From: Octopus sinensis
Lineage: Eukaryota
Direction of reading: 5' to 3'
Assembly (NCBI RefSeq): GCF_006345805.1
Contig: NC_042997.1
Span: forward strand, 20,894,001-20,958,000
Length of the DNA: 64,000 bases
In this document: piece after piece, positions 13,786-25,435 of the stretch
How the letters are laid out: each line of letters begins with the position of its first letter
Numbering within the stretch: position 1 is the stretch's first letter
Translations under genes and position numbers: made by a program
The notes under the pieces: generated by a model
The model's database searches: none
Told to the model about the DNA's origin: nothing
Seen by the model: only the letters and a program-made list of their open reading frames with translations

Positions 13786-14081
13786 ATATATGATATTTCA
13801 ATTTTTGAAATACCTTTCAAATGTATTTTACTTATCCTTTTAATATATACATATATATTTTTTTTTATTCTGGACAATTAATTTAATGAAATTATTTAGC
13901 AAAGGCTATCATTTACTTAAGTAATATGGTTAAAGGTATATGTAATAAGATTTTTTTGCCCAGCATTATAATGTACATATATTAAGAGAGTAGTAGGAAG
14001 AATAGACTTAAGCTAACAATCCAATTCACAGAATTTTATTTAAAAGACTTTACTTCATATTACAGAGATGATTTTCATTGT

Positions 14082-14101
14082 TCCTCCTCCTCCTCCTCCT
14101 C

Positions 14102-14156
<55 letters not shown>

Positions 14157-14157
14157 G

Positions 14158-14196
<39 letters not shown>

Positions 14197-14224
14197 GCTG
14201 CTGATGCTGCTACGAATAATAATG

Positions 14225-14283
<59 letters not shown>
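14082..14283. repeat. Compound (CCT)n-(ACT)n-(GCT)n-(AAT)n microsatellite; its (AAT)n part is the target of the LINE stack
   Basis: Read directly from the sequence; abuts element A. Confidence 0.95.
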
Positions 14284-14284
<1 letters not shown>

Positions 14285-15718
14285 GCCACTTTCCAGAAAG
14301 GGAAAGTGAAGACCACAAATTCAGTCGTGTTAGATGTTGACACAGTCATAAGAGAGCTTGAGCAAGAACAAACATACAAATATTTAGGGATAAATGAAGG
14401 CTCTGGTATTCAGCATGCAAGCATGAAAGAGAAGATCAGGAAGGAATGTTATAGGAGAGTTCGTGCAGTCCTGAAATCTGAACTAAATGCACGTAACAAG
14501 GTGTTAGCTATAAATTCCTTAGCAGTTCCAGTTGTTACTTATAGCTACAATGTGTTGAACTGGAATATGAGTGAAGTAAAGAATATAGATAGGAAAATAC
14601 GCAAGCTGCTGAGTTGTAATAGGATGCACCACCCAAAGGCAGACGTAGATCGCATTTACCTTCCCAGAGCCCAAGGAGGTCGAGGCCTGATCCAATTTGA
14701 ACTAGCTTACAAAACAACCACAATTGGACTGGCCAAATATCTCGAAATATCGAATGACTGGATGCTAAAGCTCGTGGAAAATCATGAGAGACGAAAGAAA
14801 CTTCATTCTATTATAAAGGAAAGCAAAAAATTTGCTATTGATCTCGTGCAGGATACCCAAACTGAACAACCCGAGGGAAGTACGGCAACTATTGTTGCAA
14901 AGAAGGTGAAAATGATGGCAATGAAAAAAGCGCACGAGCAATTGGCTGATAGGTGGGAGGAGAAACCTCTGCACGGCAAATATGTGACCCGCAGCAAACA
15001 AGCTGATGTTGACCAGAAGCAAACCCATCAGTGGCTACGGAGCTCAGGGCTAAAAGCAGAGAGCGAAGGTTTCATCCTGGCTGCTCAAGATCAAAGCCTA
15101 TTAACCCGGAACTACCAGGCCAATGTGATGAAAAATGGGGCAGACCCAAAATGCCGATTCTGCAACGACATGATTGAAACAGTGGACCACCTAATCTCTG
15201 GATGTAAAGTCTTAGCACCAGTGGAGTATAAATTAAGACATGACAGAGTTGGCCAATATCTACACTGGCTAATAAGTCGGCATTACAATATCAAAACTGC
15301 CGACAAGTGGTATAATCACCACCCTGAGGCTGTAACTGAAGGAGAAAATGTAACCATTCTGTGGGACTTTCCAGTACATACAGACCGAACCATCAAGGCC
15401 AATAAACCAGATATTGTTGTGAAAGACCAAAACAATAAAGTTTGCTTATTGATCGACATGAGCATCCCCTGTGATCATAATATCTCAGCGAAAGAGTTTG
15501 ACAAGCTCAGAAAATATAAAGACCTACTCATTGAAATTGAGAAAATGTGGCATCTCAAGGCGGTTACAATACCAGTGATCGTAGGAGCACTAGGAATGAT
15601 CAAGAAGAGAACCGAAAATTATATGAGAATGATCCCTGGCTTACCATCCCTGCAAGAAGTACAAAAGATTGTCTTAACTGGTACATCACACGTATTGAGA
15701 AGAGCATTGTCGATGTGA
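14282..15718 (+). CDS. 5'-truncated ORF of an R4/Dong-like non-LTR retrotransposon: RT C-terminus, CCHC zinc knuckle and REL endonuclease (478 aa from the junction ATG)
   Basis: YKYLG (RT motif 7); HHPKADVDRIY...GGRGL; CRFC...DHLISGC knuckle; RHD; KPDIVV...IDMSIP...KEFDKLRKY (PD..D..K REL motif); no internal stops; lacks the YxDD active site. Confidence 0.92.
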
Positions 15719-15885
15719 GAACTGTTGCTGCTCATGTATTTTAATTTAACTTAAAAAAAAAAAAAAAAAATGAACGAACTACTGAGTTTGGTTTAATGGC
15801 CTACCAATGTATACTATGAGTTTCTTTGCCCTAGGAGTCGGGAAGACACTCGGCAAGAAATGGAAGCAAATTTGAAAGAAGAAAA

Positions 15886-15886
<1 letters not shown>
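14284..15886 (+). mobile_element. R4/Dong-like element A (5'-truncated, with 3' UTR) inserted in (AAT)n
   Basis: ORF above; 3' UTR ends tttgccctagg...cactcggcaagaaatggaagcaaatttgaaagaagaaaaa, then (AAT)n 15886-15964. Confidence 0.9.
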
Positions 15887-15937
<51 letters not shown>

Positions 15938-15964
15938 TAATAATAATAATAATAATAATAATAA

Positions 15965-16402
15965 GATCACAATATAGCAGCGAAAGAATTTGACAGATCA
16001 CAATATAGCGGCGAAATAATTTAACAAGATTAGTAAATATAAGGACTTAATGGAAATTGAAAAAATGTGGCATCTCAGGGTGACTACAGTACGAGTAATT
16101 GTGGGATCTCTAGGAATGAGAAAAAAAGGTACTGAAACCTATTTGAAAATGATACCAGGTTTACCATCCCTACAGGAAGTGCAAAAAATCGTGTTGACTA
16201 GAAACGGCTCATGTGCTGAGAAGAGCATTATCGCTGTGAAAACAACATCCATTCGGGAATTTATTTATTTATTAATTTTTTAAATACATATTTTACCTGT
16301 GAATTTGCATGTGTAATCTGGGAATGCATACAATGAGCTTCTTTGCCCTAGGTGTACAGAAAACACTCGGCGAGAAACGGAAGAAAATTTGAAGAAGGAA
16401 AA
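15965..16402 (+). mobile_element. R4/Dong-like element B (short 3' fragment)
   Basis: EIEKMWHL...PSLQEVQKIVL, homologous to the end of A; same 3' UTR motif; followed by (AAT)n 16402-16428. Confidence 0.88.
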
Positions 16403-16428
16403 ATAATAATAATAATAATAATAATAAT

Positions 16429-17400
16429 ACCATGCTAAACAGAACTGGATGTGGATACAACTGCTACAGTAAAGTAATCAACCATCTCTTTTATATGGAT
16501 GATATAAAACTGTATGCTGCAAAGGACAAACAGCTGGAAACATTACTACAGACAGTGCATGGATTTACCAAAGAAACAAACATGAAATTCGGCTTAGAAA
16601 TATGTACCAAAGCAACCTTGAAGAGAGAAAAACTAGTTAAGAGTAACAATATCACATATGATAAAGCAAATGAAATAAGAGAATTAGAGCAAAGCCAGAC
16701 ATACAAATACTTAGGAATCAATGAACTAGACACAGTACAACACGTACAAATAAACAAGAAGATAAAGGAATACTATAGACGTGTAAGATGAATACTGAAA
16801 ACAGAACTCAATGTGAAAAACAAGATAACTGGTATCAACACTCTAGCCATCCAGTTATAAGTTACAGCTACAATATTCTTAATTAGACTCTAAATGAACT
16901 AACCAAACTAGACAAGAAAACAAGACAAAGAATTACAGTATTTAGGATGCACCACCCAAAGTCTGACATAGAAAGGTTATATATACAACATATTGAAGGT
17001 GGTTGAGGCCTTATACAGCTAGAAAGCTATTATGAAATAACTACCATAGGATTACAGAAATACCTAATCCAGAAGCAAAGAAAGCTGGTACAAATAGCCA
17101 CAAAATACGAGCAAAACCAAAACTGTTTTCTGTCTTTGAAGAAGCTGAAAAATACAAGAGAGAAACCATTGTATCTGACAGCTATGAAGAAAAAGAAACA
17201 ACAACGGATGTAAAACAACTAAAATCCAAACAAAAGCTGGAACAACAAAGTATCGTGATAAAATGTGGCAAGAAAACCCCTTAGATGGTAAATAACGGAC
17301 TAAACTAAACAGTAAAAAATAGACAAAGCAAAATCCCAACAATAGCTGAGAAGCTCAGGACTCAAAGCAGAGACTGAAGAGGTTTTAACTGCAGCACAAT
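16429..17400 (+). mobile_element. R4/Dong-like element C (RT core to linker, degenerate, no 3' end)
   Basis: INHLFYMDDIKLY (RT motif 5), KFGLEIC, YKYLG, MHHPKSD, LRSSGLKAETE; contains stops and frameshifts. Confidence 0.88.
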
Positions 17401-18281
17401 TTAAGAAAGACCAGAGAGAGCAAATGAAGAAACTTTGGCTGGACAAGAAAATGCACAGTCAGTTCTTGAAGAATAAAAATGAGATTGATTGGAACAGAGC
17501 CTGGCAATGGCTGCAGAAAAGAGACTGAAAAAGGCCAAATGAGACGTTAGTGTGCAGTGCTCAAGAACAAGCTTTCAGAACAAACTACTCCAAATATCGA
17601 CTCGCTACAGTGTAGGATGTGCTCTGAAAAGGGAGAAAGTATAAGCCATATTGTTAGTGAGTGCTGTAAGCTCGCACAACGCGAATGCAAAAGGAGACAT
17701 GACAATATGGCCAGATATATCCACTGGCTGTTGTACAATAAAGCAAACATCCAGAGAGCTGAACAATGGTATTAACACTAGCCAGAGGGAGTAATGGAAA
17801 ACGAACATTACAAAATACTCTGAGATTTTAACATGCAGTGCGACCAAGTCATAGAGGTGAGACGACCAGATGTCGTGCTCATCCATAAAGATGAAAAAGA
17901 AGTAAAGATAATAGATGTTGCAATACCAGGCGATTCGAGGGTGAAATGTAAGGAAACAGAAAAGATCGAGAAATACCAGCCTCTGCGGGACGAGGTAGGA
18001 AATTTATGGGGCATGAGGAAAGTAATAGTGATACCGGTGGTAATTGGAGCATTAGGAGCAGTTTCTAAGGACTTTGAAAAACATATTAAGAATATTAGAG
18101 CTGCTGGCAGGCTGGAGGTGATCCAGAAGACAGCATTGTTGGGTACAGCTCGCATTCTAAGGAGAGTATTGTCTCTTTGAGTCACAGGAGAAGGAACTTC
18201 TTGAAACCTTTAGTGATTTGTATTTGCCTGCTTTCAAATAAAGAATAACCGGTAATTAAGAAATATCCGAGAGTCTTTCAT

Positions 18282-18283
<2 letters not shown>
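17401..18283 (+). mobile_element. R4/Dong-like element D (different subfamily; knuckle, REL, 3' UTR)
   Basis: CRMC...SHIVSEC...RRHD; RPDVVL...IDVAIP...KETEKIEKY; ends at (AAT)n 18284-18350. Confidence 0.88.
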
Positions 18284-18350
<67 letters not shown>

Positions 18351-18354
<4 letters not shown>

Positions 18355-19832
18355 CAACGAACTTAGCACCTGAACAACTCTGGACACCTATAACAACTGA
18401 AGAGGTCACCCAGGCACTGCAAAGACTAAGCAACTGGAAGGCACCTGACCACGACAAGATCCCCAACTTCTGGTTAAAATATATGACACGAACACACAAA
18501 AAGCTGGCTGAAAACTTTAACGACATACTAGCAGAGCCAGAGACAATACCTGAACGGCTCACGAAATGGAAAACTATCCTAATTCCCAAATCCACTAACT
18601 GCAAACTCACATAACTACAGACCAATAACCTGTCTCCGTACAATTTACAAAGCCTTTACAGCAATAATATCGCAGAGATTGAGCAAGCGTCTTGAAGTGG
18701 ATAAAGGAGGAGCTAGATGAGATGGACAGAAAATCAAGAAAGTTCCTAACGATGCACGAAGCCCATCATCCACGTGCAGACACTGATCGCCTGTACATGA
18801 AGAGAACAAATGGAGGAAGACGACTAAGTGTGGAAGACTGCGTACGCATCGAACTCGAGAACTTAATGAGATACCTAACCCAAAGAAAGGAATCCTTGCT
18901 AGTGGCAGTTAGGAACGAGGGAGTACTGAGAGCAGAGGAAAAGGGGAAAACAAAGAACTACAAAAAGGATACGAAGAAGAATTAAGCATGAAGAGACTAT
19001 ATTATCAATTCCATGTAGCCACAACAGAAGATGCTGGGAAAATTAGGTGTAGGTGGGATTGACTGATGAAAGGAACATTAAAAAAGAAACCTAGAGCACT
19101 ATACTGGCAGCCCAAGACCAAGCCTTGGCTACGAACTGGAAGGTCAACCTTAGGAATGAGCAAGTGTCTCTGCTGTGCCGCATCTGCAATACAGTGGATG
19201 AAACCATTGCCCGTATCACGAACGAATGTACTAGACGTGCTTCAAACCACTGAAAGTTGTGGCGACACGATCAGGTAGCGAAAGTGCTACATTGGAGACT
19301 GTGCGAAAAGTGGGGGCTAGAGAGAGAGGCAAGTCTTGGTATGAGCACAAACCACAGAGAGTGACGGTGTCGGTGACTAGCAAAGTCCTCTGGGATTTCC
19401 CAATCCAAATAGAACATAACAGACCGGACCTAGTGCTGGTGGACAAGGTGCACGACATATGCTATATAGTTGATGCTGCATTGCTATTTGACCTACGAAT
19501 AGTCAAGAAGGAAGGCGAAAAGATAGATAGATACAACCCTCTGAAGTACGAAGTAGCGCGGCTATGGAAAATGAAGAGGGTGAAGAGAGTGCCAACTATT
19601 GTTGGGTCCTTGAGAACAACATTAGAAGCCATCAAGGGGAATATAAAGAAAATTGGAATTGAGTTCCCAGTAGAACTGTTACAAAAGGTTTTCCTCCTTT
19701 GCACGCCCAGAATAATCAGAAAAGTTTTAGAGAACTGAAAAGAACGAATAACATGGTACTGTAGGCTGCAGGTAGTAAGCCCGCTACACACGCAAGACTC
19801 CAGGAGCTCCAACAAAACCTATGATAAAGAGA

Positions 19833-19833
<1 letters not shown>
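18351..19833 (+). mobile_element. R4/Dong-like element E (RT N-terminus fused to the C-terminal half; RT core deleted)
   Basis: NWKAPDHDKIPNFWLK...NYRPITCL (RT motifs 0-2) joined at about 18690 to WIKEELDEMDRK...HHPRADTDRLY; RPDLVL...VDAA...EKIDRY; followed by (AAC)n(AAT)n 19834-19903. Confidence 0.85.
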
Positions 19834-19903
<70 letters not shown>

Positions 19904-21794
19904 GTCGATACCATCAGCTCATTACTCGAAAATCATAGGGAAATTTCAGAGTAAACTTTTAAACAATTGAATGAGTCAGAAAATATCAATAATTCTAAGT
20001 TGATACAACACAAGGAATGTGTATAGCTTATTGAATCTACTCAAGTTTATGTTAACGTACAAAGAAGTAAGTATATCCTGGTGAAAATCCGAAGCAGTTC
20101 ATAGACCTCGTATGAAGCAACAGATTCTTACTAGTAAAGGTTGTAATAGTATGCTATCTAAAACGTCTAAAATTAAGTAGTCAAATTTTCAGCCTCAACC
20201 ATTTCCTTTTCAAACCATCTTAATAAAAATTAGAGTGAAAATCTTAATGTTTTAAATACATAATCGTTGATGTAATTATCTCATGATAGTCATGCATCGT
20301 AGTTATTCTTTTCATTGGGAATATCTGAAACAAATAGACAGAAAATATCTTGAAACCACAAATAAGGTGTTATAGTGATAACACACGATATACATGATGC
20401 CGTGTTCACTTGAAAAAGTAAATAAGAGATTAGATATGTGTCATCTTAATATTCTAGTCAGCTATGTTGTTTATTTTTTCTGTATCTGATCAGAATATAT
20501 GTTGCTAAACAAACTCAAACAGGTCTTGATCAGTTTGCAATAAAAGAAAAGTTTTGAAGAAATCGTCATAAAAATATTGATTAAAATATAGTATTTCAGT
20601 TTTTTGTGATAACAGGAAACTATTTTATCAAGTATACTTTTGGTATTCCTTGGCAACGACAAATAAAACACAGAGTCATATTGAGAAGAAAAAATAATGA
20701 GATAGAATTGATAGACGTAGATAGTGTTTATTGATTGTTGCAAGAAGGAAATTAAATTATGCCTGCGAATGGCAATGGACAGAAATACTGATTGTGTACA
20801 TGTTGGGCAAAGTAAATATTGGAGAAAATGAAACACGTGTATCAACAAGTTCAATGAAAAGATTTCTGTCGCCAAATAAAATAGATCTTCAAAGAGTAAC
20901 TAAATTTCTGCTTAAACAAAACAATCAAGATAGCGATGAAAAGTAAAATTGAATTTTCAATTCAGTTATCAGATTAGTGATTGCAAAGAGACGCATTTGG
21001 TGGAAGATAGAAATTATTCTAATTAAATACTATGTTGACAAAGCCATTTAGTTGCGTCATGAAATCTACTTCAATTCCGGCATGTCTCTAAATAACCAAT
21101 ATATATTTCAACCATTCTTCTTTGAAAACTCAGTGACTTTCAGTATTATTCCAGATATTTGCTGTGTATTTAGAGATAGTTATGGTTGTAGTCGGCATTT
21201 CAGGTCGCAGTAGAAAACAATCAATAAGCACGTAAGCTAATATTTATGTTGTGTTTATTTCTTTGTGATTTGTCAATGGAGATCAGCTGTAGAATTTTGG
21301 CAAACATTTTGGTAACTTGAGGAATTAATATAAATGAAACAGGAGATTTAGAAATTGATGAGAAAACACAACGTAAAATAAAGACTCTTTCCCAATAAAA
21401 ACATATCAATAAAAAGTTTCGTGAGGAAATTTGTTACCATGAAAAACTAATATCTGTAATAGAAGCTATTCTTCACACAAAGCATTTATCATGGCTGTTT
21501 CATAATTCACAACGAAACAGATAGAAGTTATCATCATGTGATTGAAGTTGATCATAAATTCAACACTATTATGATTAATGGCTAATAATAGGGAAATTAG
21601 GCTTATATTTAACTTCATCTTCTTTTAGCCTTTTTTATGTTAGCACGAGCTAGCCGAATTTTTTTCAAACCCGGACAGTTATTTCTAATCACACGGACAA
21701 GATGATATTAAACACACAAACACGAATGCATAAACACACATATACATACACTGGTATATATCTCTTCTGTTAATAATCTTATACTTTATTCAAG

Positions 21795-22520
21795 TAAAGT
21801 TAATGACATCAAGAGACAGAAGTTACAGCAGTTTCCCAGGGCATACATATGTAGTTTGGTGAGGATGAGTGTTCTTATCTGCTAGCCAATCGAAAACAGA
21901 TTGTTGATCAGACAAAGAATATTGATGCCAATGGCCTGTCTATCTCCCCTGACTTCAATGAATGTTACAAGTATCTTGGACTTGACAAGAATACTGCATA
22001 CTTCGGTCCTCTGAGTGAAACAAGAGTGACAAAAGAATACTTCAGCAGACTTTGGGAGTCATGAAATTCAAAGCTGTCCGAGTTCAGTAAGATACTATTC
22101 CGCGATACTTTCGCAATTCCAGTACCAATATTTGATGTACTGGACTGCACTTGATGAGACTTACAACTTGGAGACCAGGACTAGGATGATACTAACAACA
22201 GCTGGTACCGTTTACATCAACAGTGACCCTAACAGGATCTATGGTAAACGAAAGGATGGAAAAGATCAGTCTAGATGGCATTTGTGTACCACATCGTACC
22301 ACTTAAACAATATAGAAAGAACAGTTAAGTGAGAAACTACTATAACACATGTGTACTTAACAATAAAAAGAACAATAGATTAAGAGATTATGCCTTGGTA
22401 CATACCCTGCAAACTAGAGAACACCAACAATATTGAGAGAGACAGCAGCCACTCCTAGACCTGTGATGGCTACATCACATTTATGACTTTCCTATTCAGA
22501 ACTGGGGATAGCTGCTAAGA
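21795..22520 (+). mobile_element. Old, degenerate REL-type (R4/NeSL-like) LINE RT C-terminal fragment
   Basis: YKYLGL at 21966-21983; RVTKEYFSRL; FAIPVP; YINSDPNRIYGKRKDG (compare HPKADVDRIY..R..GG). Confidence 0.6.
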
Positions 22521-22689
22521 ACTTGATCCACAAAAGAGATAAGAATGCCTATAAACTTCCATGTTGTGATAGAACATATTGATTGAATCATATCAGTGAG
22601 AACGATATCCTTCTCATCATTAACTCCTGTCCTGAACAGCTCACAAAACACTACTTTCTCATGGTGCTCATTTTGCTAAAACCATTTTC

Positions 22690-24720
22690 AATGATATCCA
22701 CAAGAAGGACCTACCTCTCTAGATGCCGACTTTGGTGGTTGATTTTTGCTCCCGTCACCGCCTTATAGTCCCTTTAAGCAATCCCAATCAATTCGATGGG
22801 TTTGTTGTCTGACACAATGACGGTTACGTTGTTTACTTATTCCGACACAGATTTCCAAATCCTAGTTCACACGAGATATCCCTCGGCATCTCTTGCTTCT
22901 GCAGTAGCGGTTTAAGAGTAAGCACATACAAAAGGGATAATCTTGACTGAACAAGCACGTGATGTCGAAAGGTTACAATAGGTGGCCATTTACACCAGCC
23001 TTCGAGCAGAAGTCGCTGTACATTGCTGTTATCCAACTGCAGAAGACGGCTGCTTTGAGAAGAGTTGCCAAGTTTTTATGGCCAAATTTATCGAACGATT
23101 TTGAATAACCCAAGTTGATCAAGGTGTCATCTATGCCAGGTTCCTTATCACCCACTGTTTGATGTATAGCATGAGGTAAAAGTTCTCGTGGATAGATCTG
23201 TTCAGGATGGCGCATGTTTGTATGTCACAAACTTGACCATCAGCAAGCGCCAACGTTTTGGCTAATACATTGGACAGGATTTTGGAAATCTGTGTTTGAC
23301 AGAGTTATTATGAGTAGAAAATTATCAATAAAATCCCCCTTGTCTGGATGCTCTCTCAGCTCACGGAACTGGAAATTCTTCCGTCCTATTGTCAGTTGCG
23401 GTAGGTATCTGCCAAGAGGTCACCAAGCAAGTTTGGTATATAAAAGTAAAGTCCGTAAGTAGATCATGCAAACAGTGTGATTGTTCACTGCGTGGCCAAT
23501 TATTGCTTCCTGCATTTTAAAAGCTATTATTAGCTTTTAACAGCACTCCACGTCTTACCAAGAGTCGCAGTAAGCCGCTGAGGAAGACGTTGGAAACTAT
23601 ACTGTGTTCTGGCCCACCACACATCTCGGGCAGCCGAGCAAAGTGCTGCTGAAAGGCCGCACACATCTGCTTAGTGTCAATTAACACACCCATCATATCC
23701 ACAAAAGACCGATTTCTGGTTTTGTTGTTGCTGTGTGCCTCTGTCATCCTGTCGTGCCTTTAAACATATGCCTTAGCTCTGACAACGCCGCCTTCATGCT
23801 TCACATTGAAGAATTGGTCAAGGGCCAATGTTATCGCAAGTACGTAAGTTGCGATACTCTTGTGTTATCCTAGTTCTTAATCTATACTATTGTTCTCTAT
23901 CGCTACCATATTACTAAACCTTATCAGTTCTACTCTAATCGCCCTTTTTTTAGAACGAACCACCATTTGATGTTGACGACTGTATACGTCAACAACCGCT
24001 TATCCGGTCTCTGTAAGCTTTGCGCGACGGGACCTACGTACTTAGCTTCCAGTAATCAGATCACTACCTACAAAGCCTATCTACATCGACAGTAAAGATC
24101 TCATATTTATGGCCTGTGCATCCCATAATATTAAATTGTGTACAACCTATGCTATCTCCAATCCAGAGGCCTACAAAAGAGGTTTATACCCCCATCTATT
24201 ATCGGATAGCTCCATACAATACAAATGTACATCCAAGATAGTGTTCCAATCGCCTACTAACATTTAAGATAGGAAATTCCTAGTAAAACATTAAAGGCCT
24301 GAAGAAATCTTGTTGCCCCATGTCTGTCGGGTCATAGATAGTTACTAATCTGAGGGCACACTGCCAACGCTGTTATTCACAGCCAGGACTCCTATCTTAT
24401 CCTCTGGATCTAAGAAGACTATCCGTATCGTGAAATCCAGAACCTTCCGAAACAACACAACCACTCAAAATCCCAGTCCTGGTCGACTTTGTGATGTGTA
24501 CACCTTGTATCTACCACAAATGGGTGCGAAGGCTGGTAGGTCGGAATTCTGGCCACTATATTCACATCAAGTAATTTATAGCCGTTGAGCAGGTGGCCCT
24601 GCTTCCATTGTGACCCCAGATCATATGAGTTCAAACTCATTTCTATCGTGTCGAACCTTTTCTCCATGTTTCTCCAGATTGGTCTGAGGCATGTTTCTGC
24701 CGTGTCGCTTTCTCTATTTT
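22690..24720 (-). mobile_element. L1/Tx1-like LINE remnant (endonuclease start, linker, RT), degenerate
   Basis: TLINLGYSKSFDKFGHK...WITAMYS...VNGH; SLLYVLTLKPLL; NVTVIVSD...VTGAKIN; endonuclease-like CTH...FGRFWISRYG at about 24420-24510. Confidence 0.7.
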
Positions 24721-25304
24721 CCAGATTTTGATTGCTTTGTCAGTTTCTTACCGGAATGATTCTAGGATATTTAGTTTTATATTTCGCCTAGACCTTATAA
24801 GGAAGTTGTTATTTAGTATTTTTTTAAGTCTACAGTAGATAAAATTGCTTTTTTCCTGCCGTACAGTATTAGCAAACACATAACACTGGTTCTGCTAATC
24901 GTAATGACTTCATTCTCATTTATATTGTATTGGCTTTAATAGTAGCGATGGTGAAAGTGAAATTAGAAGGTGTGTTAAAGCGACAATTTAAACTTTCTTT
25001 GTTTCTCATGTTAATTTTTGTTTTTAGTTTTCCTTGTTGTTGCTGTTTCAGTCGGTATTGACAGTGGCATTCGTGACAGTTGTAATGTTGCATTCACTTC
25101 TCTCTTTATTTGTGCTTTTTTGTTTGTTTTTGTTGTTGTTTACGTTGCCATTGCTATTAATACATTTTCTTGTAACAGGTATTAGTGGGAAATTTATTTT
25201 ATGTTGGTTGTTGGAAGAGCTAATTGTCCTCGCGACTTGGGAAGCCTTATTGTTTATTTGTTTCGAGATGACGACGACGACGACGACGACAATGATGATT
25301 TAGG

Positions 25305-25435
25305 CACAAGGCGAACAATTTTGAGGGTAGAGGATTAATTGATTATATCGACCGCAGTACTTAACTGGTATTTTATTTTAACGGTCCCCGGATGGATGAA
25401 AAACAGAGTTGGCCTTGGCAAGACTTGTACTTTAA
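25305..25435 (-). mobile_element. SINE family A, diverged partial copy
   Basis: ttaggcacaagg...tatcgaccgcagtacttaactggta...ggatgaaa...gttggccttggc. Confidence 0.55.

Noticed and set aside
14078-14281. N-terminal poly-Leu/poly-Ile extension of the 546-aa ORF, and the overlapping poly-T, poly-S and poly-V ORFs
   Set aside because: Translation of a (CCT)(ACT)(AAT) microsatellite from a TTG start; LINE homology begins only at 14284
20493-20556. Kinase-like peptide IYVAKQTQTGLDQFAIK after an AG
   Set aside because: In-frame stop a few codons later, no glycine loop and no other kinase motifs nearby
25034-25303. Hydrophobic 89-aa ORF resembling a membrane protein
   Set aside because: Degenerate (GTT)n/(GAC)n low-complexity sequence with a TTG start
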